Shown here in pieces: positions 19,368 through 28,183 of a stretch of 54,992 bases of DNA (position 1 is the stretch's first letter; each line of letters starts with the position of its first letter). A program made the position numbers and the translations under genes. Under the pieces are notes generated by a model. That model saw only the letters and a list, made by a program, of their open reading frames with translations. It had not been told where the DNA came from and did no database searches. Source of the stretch: a virus (lineage: Duplodnaviria > Caudoviricetes). The stretch is taken from positions 1 to 54,992 of the IMG/VR virus record IMGVR_UViG_3300012987_000011; one strand, 5' to 3'.

Positions 19368-19820
19368 TCAGTCCTCCACTCCGAGCCAACCCAATAGGTC
19401 TATCGGGTCTGTTGCAATGTGATCCACCATCTTGTACATCAGCTCCGGCTGGACAACTTCTTCCAGCAGGATCGCGGTGCGCTTCCCCGCGCCGACGGCC
19501 CATCCCAACTCCAGGTGCGCTGACTTGCCGCACGGGAGAACCAGGACGAACGTGTCCGCCCACTTCATCGCATCGAAGTCGGCAGTGAACCCCTCTTCGG
19601 CACGAGTGTGCTTAAGGGCGTTGACATACGCCGCGCCAACGATGGACTTGTCGCCGTCCAGGCCAACCTCGTGGAACGAGAACCCCTTGTTGCCGTGGGG
19701 ATTCTTGAAGTCGTACACCTCAAACTTCGCCGCTCGTAGTGTGTGGACGATCAACTGCTGGAAGTTGTTTCGCCACGACGATGCGACATAGATCCGCTGT
19801 GACTTGGTTGCCGTGGTCAT
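19368..19820 (-). CDS. Nucleoside 2-deoxyribosyltransferase-like protein
   Basis: 'IYVASSW', 'D..AMKWAD', 'GKSAHLELGWAVGAGK'. Confidence 0.72.
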   Translation of the reverse strand: MTTATKSQRIYVASSWRNNFQQLIVHTLRAAKFEVYDFKNPHGNKGFSFHEVGLDGDKSIVGAAYVNALKHTRAEEGFTADFDAMKWADTFVLVLPCGKSAHLELGWAVGAGKRTAILLEEVVQPELMYKMVDHIATDPIDLLGWLGVED

Positions 19821-20809
19821 TAGCTGCCCACCTTCATGTCAGCCTCGCCGAACACACACGTGGCTGGGATGCCCTGGCGGTGCAGGTCTTCGCAGGCACG
19901 CACGCGCGGACCGAGGGGTCCGTACTGCTGGTCGGTGACGGCGATCCGGTTCGGGGCCTCCGCCTTGGTGATGTCGATCTTGCGCTTGTCCTCGGCGGCC
20001 TGGTCGGACTGCTGCTGCATCGAATCCGACTCAGCGAACACGCGGTCCACCACGATACGGATTGTCTGGCAGTCGAAGTCGTCGCCGACACCTGTCGATC
20101 CGGAGCCACAGAACAGATCGGTGGTGGCACCCGTGTTCTTCTGCATCTCCGCGGAGAACGCGTCCATCATGGACGCGGCGATGGCCTCCTTGGCAGCGAA
20201 GTCGTTGGCGATCCAGACGTTGTCCGACACCTCCGGCGTGGCGCGCTCGGCCACCCGGTTCAGTACCGGCCACATGTTCTCCGACAGCATCTTGTTCCAC
20301 CCGTCGGAGGCAGAGTTGACGTCCCCCTCCTGGCGACCGAAGTCATCGGGTGATCCGACGGAGCACTGGTACTTGCCTGCGCAGAACTGGATGAACTGCG
20401 CCGCAGCGGATTCCCGCAACGGGTCACCGCCGTTGCCATTGGTGTTCAGGTTCGGCCGCCAGTACACCGACACGTACAGCTTGACGGGGGTACCCACCTC
20501 GGTGCGCCCATGTAGGGGCTGGTTGGTGTCACCACCCTCGCCAGCGACGATGTAGTTCCGCTTGTCGGCGGGGAAGTACATCGCGTTGTCGTAGTTGTTG
20601 TTGTACTCGTTGATGGTGCCCGGCAACAGGAATCGGTTGACGGTACGGTTGCCCTGCGGGCCGTTGTCGTGGTACTCGCCGTTGCCGACCAGGTACCCGA
20701 AGAACGAGTCAGGCACGGATGCCACGTCGTTCTCACTGCACGCGGTGAGTGATCCCGCCAGCGCCGCAGCACAGGCAGTACCCAGGATGACCCTGGTGAA
20801 CTTCTTCAT
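19820..20809 (-). CDS. Lipoprotein, possibly band-7/SPFH-like
   Basis: Signal peptide with LTAC lipobox and C-terminal coiled coil. Confidence 0.6.
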   Translation of the reverse strand: MKKFTRVILGTACAAALAGSLTACSENDVASVPDSFFGYLVGNGEYHDNGPQGNRTVNRFLLPGTINEYNNNYDNAMYFPADKRNYIVAGEGGDTNQPLHGRTEVGTPVKLYVSVYWRPNLNTNGNGGDPLRESAAAQFIQFCAGKYQCSVGSPDDFGRQEGDVNSASDGWNKMLSENMWPVLNRVAERATPEVSDNVWIANDFAAKEAIAASMMDAFSAEMQKNTGATTDLFCGSGSTGVGDDFDCQTIRIVVDRVFAESDSMQQQSDQAAEDKRKIDITKAEAPNRIAVTDQQYGPLGPRVRACEDLHRQGIPATCVFGEADMKVGS

Positions 20810-21450
20810 TCCTTCATGCCTTTCATGTAGTCCTCGAACGTCCAGTCCTTCTGGACCTCGGCACGGTGCAAGAGTTCTCGCCGACGGCGGACCTTGCGAC
20901 GCACCAAGACTGTGATGGTGCCGACGATCGTGAGTCCGATCGCCATGCCGCCCAGCATCTTCAGCACGGGCGCCCAGTCATAGGGCGGAGCCGGCGGAGC
21001 TGGTGGCGGTGGTGGAGGTGGTGGTTTGGGGTGTGAGGCCTGATACTTGTGCACCTCGCGGATCATGGCAAGCAGTTTGTCCAGCGGTGCCCGCGTGACG
21101 TTTTCGACGCGCGCTGCGCGCTCCTGGAGCCACAGCTGCGGCACCCATGCGTTGCCCTGGACGGTCAGCTCGTTACCGATCGTCTGGAGCACGATCAGAT
21201 CCACGTCGTCACTGGAGACGGTGACACGCCTGCTGTCCTCGGCCAGCATGATGATGGCCATGTCATCGCCGGGCTGGAGCCTGGCCGTCAGCTTCCCGGC
21301 GATGATCTCGGAGTCCTCGATCTCGGGGGCCACATGCACCACGCCGACGTCAGCACGGGCGATGTAGCTGCCGATGATGAGTGATACCAGGGCGAGGGTG
21401 ATGAGCCCGCAGATCAAGATCGGTGCGCGCATCCATGGATGAAACTTCAT
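20806..21450 (-). CDS. Membrane protein with poly-Pro linker
   Basis: Two hydrophobic segments and a PPPPPPPPAPPAPP linker. Confidence 0.65.
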   Translation of the reverse strand: MKFHPWMRAPILICGLITLALVSLIIGSYIARADVGVVHVAPEIEDSEIIAGKLTARLQPGDDMAIIMLAEDSRRVTVSSDDVDLIVLQTIGNELTVQGNAWVPQLWLQERAARVENVTRAPLDKLLAMIREVHKYQASHPKPPPPPPPPAPPAPPYDWAPVLKMLGGMAIGLTIVGTITVLVRRKVRRRRELLHRAEVQKDWTFEDYMKGMKE

Positions 21451-21504
21451 GGCTGACAATCTTTCTCGGAAAATTTTCGCAGGGGTTCGGCGAGCTTAGT
21501 TAGA

Positions 21505-21903
21505 TTAGCTAGATAAACCGAGGATCGCCTTGATGGAGTCCAGGGTCTCGGTCAACACCGTCGGCATGAACAGCGGGTGGGACAGGGCCACGTGGTAGGC
21601 GACCCACTCAGGGGTGTCGTCGGCGATCTTCGGATCGGCCGGCATCCACATCGGAGCGCCGCGCTGGTACAGGTAGTGGATGAACGAGTTCGACGCCGTC
21701 GCGTGGACGTGGCGGCCATAGATGTACACGTCGCGCAGCTCCCACTCCCCAGTGTCCCGAGTCGTTTCCCACTTCATCGTGAGGGACTGGGGCTGCATGC
21801 GCTTGCGGGCGGCCTGGTGGTTCCAGGTGATCATCATCTCGGGCGGCATCTCGTCACCGTCCTCGAACAGGACGGTGCGTTCGTGGGTGTCGATGAGCCT
21901 CAC
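21505..21903 (-). CDS. Hypothetical protein
   Basis: GTGA overlap with the upstream gene. Confidence 0.6.
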   Translation of the reverse strand: MRLIDTHERTVLFEDGDEMPPEMMITWNHQAARKRMQPQSLTMKWETTRDTGEWELRDVYIYGRHVHATASNSFIHYLYQRGAPMWMPADPKIADDTPEWVAYHVALSHPLFMPTVLTETLDSIKAILGLSS

Positions 21904-22208
21904 AGCGGGTACCTCTCGATGTAGGCCTTCAGGTCGGCGTCGCCGCGGTTCCTGATGGCTTGGTGGTGGTCGATGTCGCAGAGTCGCTTGGCATCTCGCA
22001 GGTAATGCGGCGGCACTTCGGATAGAGTTGTGCACTCCACGCGGTGGTTACGGATTCGTCCGATGCGCTCGTTGTGCTCCGGCACCCAGCCATTGTCCCC
22101 GTCGGGGGTGATGGTGTACCAGCAGCGAGAGTCCACTTCGCTGGCCGCCACCCACTCGCCGTCATTGTTGCGGCGCTTGCTCCATACCAGCTTGCCGTTC
22201 TGCATCAT
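21900..22208 (-). CDS. Hypothetical protein
   Basis: ATGA overlap; GGAG RBS. Confidence 0.6.
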   Translation of the reverse strand: MMQNGKLVWSKRRNNDGEWVAASEVDSRCWYTITPDGDNGWVPEHNERIGRIRNHRVECTTLSEVPPHYLRDAKRLCDIDHHQAIRNRGDADLKAYIERYPL

Positions 22209-23083
22209 GCACGTTCTCCAATCACGTAGTCGGACTGCACTTCTCCGTGCTCGGGATTACCCCGAACACTCCAGCCCCACCAATACGTACCGACGTGCTT
22301 GCCGAGCAGGGGCTTCTCGGCGGTGAATGTCTTGAAGTGGCCGCGCACCCGATGGATCGCGGCGGCGCGGTGACTCCCACCGTGCTTGCTGCTGGCCACA
22401 GAGCCCTCACCGGGCAGGATGATGGTGTTGTAGCGCAACTCCCTGGCCGGGATGCCACGGCGCTTCTCCGTGCCGCTGCGCCGCATCTTGAGTGAGCCGG
22501 TCTCGCGGTGCTTGACGTTCTTGCAGTTGATGAGCCCGAGCGCCATCAGTGCGGGCAGCGCGAACATGTCCACCATCGCAGCGCTCTGGCGCGCAAGCTC
22601 CTCGGAGACCCCCTCGAACTTCGGGAGCGCCCGTGCCTCGATGAACTTGCCCTGCCTGTCGGTGTGGTACTGAGTGACCGTCGGCCAGACGAACAAGTCG
22701 TCGTTCTCGGGGTTGACAGCCAGGTAGACCAGCACAAACCCGCGATCGTCGTCAGCGGCCTTGAGGTATGCGCCGCAACGCATTCCGACCAGCTCCGACA
22801 TCATGGCCTCGTCTTTTTCGACGCAGGCACCGTCGGGCACCTCCCACTCCAGCCACATGTCGGAGTAGGGCAGCTTCAGTGGCCCCAGCTCGTCGCGCTG
22901 GTACCCGTCCTTGTCGCCGCGCCAGTACAGGTCCGCGGCGACCTGGATGTCGAACTTCACCGCGTCTGCGCACGGCTCCGCGAACTGCACGCCCTGGGCG
23001 TTGTTCCCGTGGTCATCCAGTAGGCCGGCGACCACGGCGACATCCCCGGCCATCATGCGGCGCAGCAGCGTCATCGCCTGCAT
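22205..23083 (-). CDS. Hypothetical protein with C-terminal HxVRGHF motif
   Basis: TGATG overlap; GGGAGG RBS; 'HRVRGHF...W...RG' tail common in phage proteins. Confidence 0.7.
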   Translation of the reverse strand: MQAMTLLRRMMAGDVAVVAGLLDDHGNNAQGVQFAEPCADAVKFDIQVAADLYWRGDKDGYQRDELGPLKLPYSDMWLEWEVPDGACVEKDEAMMSELVGMRCGAYLKAADDDRGFVLVYLAVNPENDDLFVWPTVTQYHTDRQGKFIEARALPKFEGVSEELARQSAAMVDMFALPALMALGLINCKNVKHRETGSLKMRRSGTEKRRGIPARELRYNTIILPGEGSVASSKHGGSHRAAAIHRVRGHFKTFTAEKPLLGKHVGTYWWGWSVRGNPEHGEVQSDYVIGERA

Positions 23084-23535
23084 CAGACGGCCTCCCAAAA
23101 CTCAATGCGCACTTCATATTTCGTGTTCATCAGGATGTGGTCCATGGCCCGGCAGGTCATGGCGCGGTGCCACGACGCCGGGTACTCCTCGGACCCCATG
23201 GCCTCGTGATACTCGCTGTCCACGCGGAACGTCTTGAGCACCACGACGCCGTTGACGGCCCGCTCGGTGGCACCCTTGACCATGGTGGCGATCGCCTCCG
23301 CGGACTGGTTCCACAGCCGCACCAGCTCCACTCCGGCCTTCTCGGGGATCGCGGTGTGGCCGTCGGCCCAGCGGACCACCGTCCGCTCACCGAACCCCAC
23401 GCGGGTGCCGAACCACTTGCGCGTCAACCCCATCCAGTCAATGAGGGCGCGCAGCTCTGCCGGGGTGATGTTGGCCGGGTCGGTGACCGACGGCTCACCC
23501 GTTTTCGGCAGAGGCACCACATTGTCTTCACTCAC
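23083..23535 (-). CDS. HTH regulator, DUF1870/Aca2/YdiL-like
   Basis: 'ITPAELRALIDWMGLT...ERTVVRWADG..AIP' and C-terminal 'PASWHRA'. Confidence 0.65.
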   Translation of the reverse strand: MSEDNVVPLPKTGEPSVTDPANITPAELRALIDWMGLTRKWFGTRVGFGERTVVRWADGHTAIPEKAGVELVRLWNQSAEAIATMVKGATERAVNGVVVLKTFRVDSEYHEAMGSEEYPASWHRAMTCRAMDHILMNTKYEVRIEFWEAV

Positions 23536-23601
23536 AGGGGTTTTCCTTTACCTTTATCCTCGGAAAATTTTTGGACCACTACCGGAAGGTTTGCTGTCAC
23601 A

Positions 23602-24123
23602 CTACCTGACAGGCTGGTTCTCTGCCAGGGCGTTTTCGATCCGCTTCCGCAGCTGCATCGCGGTGGCCCTCGCCGTGATAGCCATCCCCGACGGGCTGGC
23701 CACCGGGACGTAGCGGTAGGCGGTCGGGCGCACCATCTCGTCGGTGCTCATCCACGTGCGAGCGTCATTGCTGACATACCAGCCGCGCGGGGTGGAGAAC
23801 CACCAGGTGAGCATGTCGTAACCGGCTCCCGGCCGGTACCAGAGTCGCCAGGTGACGACCATGCCGGCGACGACGTTGACCGCCTGATGGTCGCTGTAGT
23901 TCTCCGGACGCTGCCGCTGGTGGGTCAGGGTGGCCTTCATGCGCTCGGCCAGGTCCACCCAGGCCTGCAGGTCGGACTCGCGCCACAACGGCTGGTGCCG
24001 GGTGTTGCCGTACCCGGCCGTGAAGGGCGCTGGCGGGGCTGCCGGAAGCAGGGTGTCGTACTGGTTCCGGTTCAGCCCCGTCAGCCTCATGATGTCGACG
24101 CGATTGAGTAGGCGCTCACTCAC
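23602..24123 (-). CDS. Hypothetical protein with N-terminal excisionase/AlpA-like HTH
   Basis: 'LLNRVDIMRLTGL...PAP...PLWRESDLQAW'. Confidence 0.55.
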   Translation of the reverse strand: MSERLLNRVDIMRLTGLNRNQYDTLLPAAPPAPFTAGYGNTRHQPLWRESDLQAWVDLAERMKATLTHQRQRPENYSDHQAVNVVAGMVVTWRLWYRPGAGYDMLTWWFSTPRGWYVSNDARTWMSTDEMVRPTAYRYVPVASPSGMAITARATAMQLRKRIENALAENQPVR

Positions 24124-24463
24124 TGAACACCCGGCCACAGTCGTGCTCACCGATCGGGCCACCCGCGTTCACCACCGCGCAGGCGATGTCCACCAGCTGG
24201 CTCGTGAGCGCCGCCTGGACGATCTCCAGGCTCCGCGGCCGGGCGCCACTCAGTCGGCCGGCGTGGATGGCGCCAGCCACCATCAGCACGGCGTTGTACT
24301 GGTCGCACCCGAGCAAGAAGTGGGTGGCCTCCTCCGCCTCCGAGTGGATCTCCGGCAGCGTCAGGTGGTCGCTCAGTCCCTCGCGGAACACGGTGACGAT
24401 CTTGGCCACGGCCAGGGTCATGTTGTGGTCGTTCTCGTGGTAGACCTTCGCGGGGTCGATCAT
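24116..24463 (-). CDS. Hypothetical protein
   Basis: ATGA overlap; GGAGG RBS. Confidence 0.65.
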   Translation of the reverse strand: MIDPAKVYHENDHNMTLAVAKIVTVFREGLSDHLTLPEIHSEAEEATHFLLGCDQYNAVLMVAGAIHAGRLSGARPRSLEIVQAALTSQLVDIACAVVNAGGPIGEHDCGRVFSE

Positions 24464-24855
24464 GCCTCCTCCTCGTCTCCGAATACCTGCTTGCGCAGTT
24501 TGCGCAGGCTTCGCCAGAGATTCAATTCTTCACGTCCCCAACCGCGGTTGGGGAAGGTTTTCATGATGACGGTCACCGAACGGTCCAGCGTCCGCGCTAC
24601 CTCGCCGTAGCTGGCTCCGTCGTCCAATAGCTCGGTAGCGCGCTGGCGCTCCCATTCCGACAGCGGAGGCTTGAGCCGACGCGGCACCTGGTTCGCAGCG
24701 ATGCCGTCGGCGATGATCCGATCTACCGTCCGGATGTCGATCTTCATCTCCTGGGCGATCTCCACGTGGGTCATCGTGCCCCGCAGGCGGAACTCGATCA
24801 CGCGGTGCCGGGTGAGGTCGCTGTACCGGCGGACACGCTGGCTCTGGGGGATCAT
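24460..24855 (-). CDS. Double helix-turn-helix DNA-binding protein
   Basis: 'EIAQEMKIDIRTVDR' and 'LLDDGASYGEVARTL...FP.RGW', as in mycobacteriophage HTH proteins. Confidence 0.8.
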   Translation of the reverse strand: MIPQSQRVRRYSDLTRHRVIEFRLRGTMTHVEIAQEMKIDIRTVDRIIADGIAANQVPRRLKPPLSEWERQRATELLDDGASYGEVARTLDRSVTVIMKTFPNRGWGREELNLWRSLRKLRKQVFGDEEEA

Positions 24856-25094
24856 CAGAACCACACCCCCTTCCAGCCGATATGATCGGCTACGCGCTGA
24901 TACTCCACTTTCGGAGTGGCTGAATCGGTTTCCCACTGCTGGACCAGAAATGTATGGAAGTCGCCGGGGTGTTTTTCCTCATTGCGGTCGGCGTGCCGAA
25001 TGGCGGTGTACATACTGTGCCCGACACCGAGGATGTGTCGGGCGGAGTGATTGTCCTCGCCGAGCGCGACCCAGATCTCAGTTGGCGCGGGCAT
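24855..25094 (-). CDS. Hypothetical protein
   Basis: GGAGG RBS; stop overlaps the next start. Confidence 0.55.
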   Translation of the reverse strand: MPAPTEIWVALGEDNHSARHILGVGHSMYTAIRHADRNEEKHPGDFHTFLVQQWETDSATPKVEYQRVADHIGWKGVWF

Positions 25095-25362
25095 GCACCA
25101 CCTCCAGTAGACGATTGACCCGAATGTGTTCGCGCGGACTGCGACTCACCTCGGACTTGGCCAGCAGATCCCAGCACTGCCCACACACCTCGTTGTGCTT
25201 GAGCTGTTTCGGCTGCTTCTCCCGCAGGCAGGCCCGGCAGGTGTTGAGCCGGATACCGGCCCAGAACTCCACCAGCTCCCACTGGGCCTCGCGGCGCTTC
25301 CGGTACTCGGCGAGCACCGTGCGCCACTCCCACGGTTTGTTGAGCAGGTTGTAGAGCAGCAT
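25078..25362 (-). CDS. Hypothetical protein with two CxxC
   Basis: TAATG overlap; CRAC...CGQC. Confidence 0.6.
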   Translation of the reverse strand: MLLYNLLNKPWEWRTVLAEYRKRREAQWELVEFWAGIRLNTCRACLREKQPKQLKHNEVCGQCWDLLAKSEVSRSPREHIRVNRLLEVVHARAN

Positions 25363-25670
25363 TACTTGGCCCTCCGTGACTGGATGCGGTGGATGTTGAT
25401 GAGGCGCAGGGTGCCGCGCTCGGTGTTGTTCAGGCGGCCACCGGAGAGCTGATAACCCTCGGGGTAGACGTAGGTGGCACCGGGGACGAAATCGCCCGTG
25501 CGGGAGTCGATCTTCTGCTTCTTGAGGGTCTTGCAGCGACCACAGATGGTGGACTCCACGTAGAACCGGCCGTCGATCTCCACGTCGTACGGCTTCCAGC
25601 TGTGCTGGTACCGGCGGCACTCGATGAACTGGTCCTTGATGACACGAGCAGGGTTGATGCGCTTGGCCAT
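25362..25670 (-). CDS. Hypothetical protein (C...H...CxxC)
   Basis: AGGA RBS; 'CRRYQHSW...CGRC...YPEGY'. Confidence 0.65.
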   Translation of the reverse strand: MAKRINPARVIKDQFIECRRYQHSWKPYDVEIDGRFYVESTICGRCKTLKKQKIDSRTGDFVPGATYVYPEGYQLSGGRLNNTERGTLRLINIHRIQSRRAK

Positions 25671-25681
25671 GGGGTGTTTTC

Positions 25682-25900
25682 CTAAACGGTTGGGCGGCGA
25701 GCTAATTCGTGGATGGCAAGGCCGGCCAGGGTGGCCAGTCCGGTGATGTAGGCGTGCAGCTCCAGGTCGTCCGGAGGTTCGAGCATGGAGGCGATGACGT
25801 CTTCGATGGTGCCTTCGGCGGCGCGTACCTCGGCGATGAGTTCGTCCATGTGGTAGCGGGTGCCGTCGATGATGAAGGGGGTGGGGAATGGTGCAATCAT
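25682..25900 (-). CDS. Hypothetical protein
   Basis: GGAG RBS, acidic 72 aa. Confidence 0.6.
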   Translation of the reverse strand: MIAPFPTPFIIDGTRYHMDELIAEVRAAEGTIEDVIASMLEPPDDLELHAYITGLATLAGLAIHELARRPTV

Positions 25901-25919
25901 GTTGTGCTCCAGGGGTTGA

Positions 25920-26095
25920 GGGGGTGGTGTCCAAACCGTTTAGCCGGGGGACTAGATCAGCGCCGAGCAATGACAGTCCAGCCTGTTAGTGACTCCCAGG
26001 GTTACCGTGAACCGTTCAGGACGGGTTGGTGCCTGCACTAGGCATTGGTCATCGACTTATTGGCTACGATCCTCCGATTACAGAACACCACCCCC
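25920..26095 (-). ncRNA. Candidate structured intergenic RNA (~176 nt)
   Basis: Ends pair over 13 bp (GGGGGTGGTGTTC / GGACACCACCCCC); internal helices; no ORF in the gap. Confidence 0.45.
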
Positions 26096-26107
26096 AGCCT
26101 GTTGCGC

Positions 26108-26380
26108 CTAGCTGGAGATCAGCTGGCTGGCCGCCCAACGCGGCACGACCGCGATGTCCCGGCGGTCGATCTGCACGCCCTGGGCCGCTGCGACCTCGGC
26201 GAGCCGGCGACGCGTCGGCTTCGACTCGTTGGCTTCGTCATACTCCACGACCAGCTGGGGCTTGCTGCCGCCGTTCAGGACGCGGGCACGGGCGACGTTG
26301 TACCCGGCGCGACGACCGACGCTGGTGACGTCGTTCGGGGTGATGTAGCGGGTGCCGGGGATGGTGATGGTGACCTTCAT
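26108..26380 (-). CDS. Hypothetical protein
   Basis: ATGA overlap; GAAAGG RBS. Confidence 0.65.
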   Translation of the reverse strand: MKVTITIPGTRYITPNDVTSVGRRAGYNVARARVLNGGSKPQLVVEYDEANESKPTRRRLAEVAAAQGVQIDRRDIAVVPRWAASQLISS

Positions 26381-26691
26381 GTTTTGTTGCCTTTCAGGGG
26401 TTTTGCGGATTTTCTGGCGACGCCTAGTCGGCCGCCATCTGTTTGGTTACACGGTGCGCATGCGGGTCTGATGTTGTCCCTGGTGTAGCGCCCTCCTTCT
26501 GCTCCTGGGATCGGGTGTCGATCCACGGTGATGGTCGAGATGGTTACCGTGCCTTCACACTTGGCCGATACGCGCAGGCTGCACGGTGCCTGCACCCCAT
26601 CTCCGAACTCTACGAGCAACCACAGCTTGCGAACGCGGCGTTGGTACGATGACCCCCGGTCGTTGCGGTTTGTGGTTCCCCGGTAAGTCAT
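26377..26691 (-). CDS. HNH endonuclease
   Basis: 'RGSS..RR.RK.WLL..FGDG...C...TVDR.PIPG..GG.Y...NIRPAC..CN'. Confidence 0.85.
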   Translation of the reverse strand: MTYRGTTNRNDRGSSYQRRVRKLWLLVEFGDGVQAPCSLRVSAKCEGTVTISTITVDRHPIPGAEGGRYTRDNIRPACAPCNQTDGGRLGVARKSAKPLKGNKT

Positions 26692-26990
26692 TTCGCTGCT
26701 GTGGCCTCACGCTGCTTACGGCTGTCTCGGTGCTTCTTGTTGGCGGCTGCGTGCGCCTCCCGGCAGCACTTGAGCCGACACCCGTAGTCCCGGTATCCAC
26801 TATCGGTGCCGTGGACGTGTCGCGGGGTGGGGGCATTGCGCTTGGCCTCTCTGACTCCAGCCTGGTACTCGGTGTTCGCGGCTTTGCAACGGTCGCAACG
26901 GCATCCGTGGTTGATGTAGCCGTTGAGCGTCCCATGGCGGGGGTCTCGTGGGTCATTCAGCAGCTTCCAGGTCGAATCGCTGACGGTCAT
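26688..26990 (-). CDS. Protein with two HG-x3-Y-x3-GCRC repeats (putative Zn-binding)
   Basis: HGTLNGYINHGCRCDRC and HGTDSGYRDYGCRLKCC. Confidence 0.7.
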   Translation of the reverse strand: MTVSDSTWKLLNDPRDPRHGTLNGYINHGCRCDRCKAANTEYQAGVREAKRNAPTPRHVHGTDSGYRDYGCRLKCCREAHAAANKKHRDSRKQREATAAK

Positions 26991-27091
26991 CGGTTGACGT
27001 ACCAATGTGCCGCCCAGCCGGCAGTGGCACCGACCAGTCCGATGAACATCAGCGCGGCGAAGAGTATCGCCAGCTTGCTGTGTGCGTCCAT
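26987..27091 (-). CDS. Small membrane protein (34 aa)
   Basis: GAAAGGA RBS; MDAHSKLAILFAALMFIGLVGATAGWAAHWYVNR; ATGA overlap. Confidence 0.6.
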   Translation of the reverse strand: MDAHSKLAILFAALMFIGLVGATAGWAAHWYVNR

Positions 27092-27115
27092 GTCTTTCCT
27101 TTCAGGGTTACTGAC

Positions 27116-27124
27116 ATTGTACCA
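27116..27124 (-). promoter_or_regulatory. Extended -10 promoter TGGTACAAT
   Basis: TGnTAnnnT in an intergenic gap ahead of an RBS; identical copies at 30018 and 32191. Confidence 0.65.
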
Positions 27125-27127
27125 TAC

Positions 27128-27421
27128 TTACCAGAGATCGCGTGCTCGGGTGACCGGCGGTTCCTTTTTCACGAACAACTGGTGGTCCACTCGGATCGAA
27201 CTGGCCTCGGCCAACTCGCCCCACGAACTCTTGCCATCCCCAATCTTCATTGTCCTGGTGGTCATCTCAAAGCCCACCACGCCGATCGGCATGACATGCA
27301 GGGGTGAGAATGCGTGGTACCGCAGGACGGTTATATGGAGGTCGGGGAGTGGGATGAACTCCAGTTCCTCGCACACCCCGTCATAGATCGGGGTGGGGTC
27401 ATTGCGCCATGGGTTAGTCAC
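27128..27421 (-). CDS. Hypothetical protein
   Basis: GTGA overlap. Confidence 0.55.
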   Translation of the reverse strand: MTNPWRNDPTPIYDGVCEELEFIPLPDLHITVLRYHAFSPLHVMPIGVVGFEMTTRTMKIGDGKSSWGELAEASSIRVDHQLFVKKEPPVTRARDLW

Positions 27422-27678
27422 TGATCGAGTCCCAGAACCATTCGGAACAACGCGCGTAATGCCGTGGCGGTGTCCAGTCTTCGATCCTCGATCTCACCCG
27501 TGACCAGATCGCGGACCACGATGAAGATGTCCAGCGTCGGGGTGGTGTGCTCGTACTCCTGATCGGGGTCATACCTGTCTCCAGTGTCCCAGTCGACGCG
27601 GACGTCCAGGATCTCTGACTCATGAGCGTTGACCTCCCCGGCGAATGCTTCGCGCAGTGCTTCACGGTGCTTGTTCAT
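27418..27678 (-). CDS. Hypothetical protein
   Basis: GGAGG RBS; ATGA overlap. Confidence 0.6.
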   Translation of the reverse strand: MNKHREALREAFAGEVNAHESEILDVRVDWDTGDRYDPDQEYEHTTPTLDIFIVVRDLVTGEIEDRRLDTATALRALFRMVLGLDQ

Positions 27679-27989
27679 GCCTCCGGCTTTCCACACTCGG
27701 GCCACTCGTCGCCGATCTGGCAGCGGTCATATTCCTCGGGAGTGACGTCCCGCCAACCAGACTCATCGGCCTTGTGGTCGGTGATCTCGATGGTCCAGCT
27801 GTCACCGTAGTACCTCGGCTGGTACTGGGTGGTGCACGTTTGCCGCCCCTTGCTGTCCGTGAGGCACGACTGATGGGACTCCATGGTGGTGTGGGCGGGC
27901 TCGAACTCCCGGTCGGTCACCTCCCCCCGGTCCGGTGCGCTACAGGCGGCCAGAGCGACGGCAGCGGCCGCGATCAGCAGGCGCTTCAC
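27675..27989 (-). CDS. Lipoprotein
   Basis: MKRLLIAAAAVALAACS lipobox; GTGA overlap. Confidence 0.7.
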   Translation of the reverse strand: MKRLLIAAAAVALAACSAPDRGEVTDREFEPAHTTMESHQSCLTDSKGRQTCTTQYQPRYYGDSWTIEITDHKADESGWRDVTPEEYDRCQIGDEWPECGKPEA

Positions 27990-28183
27990 GATCGCCTCGG
28001 CCAGGTGTAGCCACAGCCGGCGACGCCGCCGCACCTGTGGTCACCCTCGTGGTCCAGGGACTCGGTGCAGTAGTGGGCGCCCGCGTAGTGCTGCGGAACG
28101 TCGGGGTCACCGGGTTCGGTGTGGGTGATCGTCAGGCAGGTGATCGGCCGCTGCGGGTCGGGGGGTGGGGTTACTGCGCTCAT
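27986..28183 (-). CDS. Hypothetical protein starting MSAVTPPP (Cys/His-rich)
   Basis: ATGA overlap; starts in a motif copy. Confidence 0.6.
   Translation of the reverse strand: MSAVTPPPDPQRPITCLTITHTEPGDPDVPQHYAGAHYCTESLDHEGDHRCGGVAGCGYTWPRRS

Noticed and set aside
25876-25900. 13th copy of the 18-bp motif (ATGATTGCACCATTCCCCACCCCC)
   Set aside because: At a gene start, but left half and spacing deviate; not counted
25920-26095. tRNA, tmRNA or hammerhead ribozyme
   Set aside because: No TTCGA T-loop or cloverleaf and no CTGATGA/GAAA core
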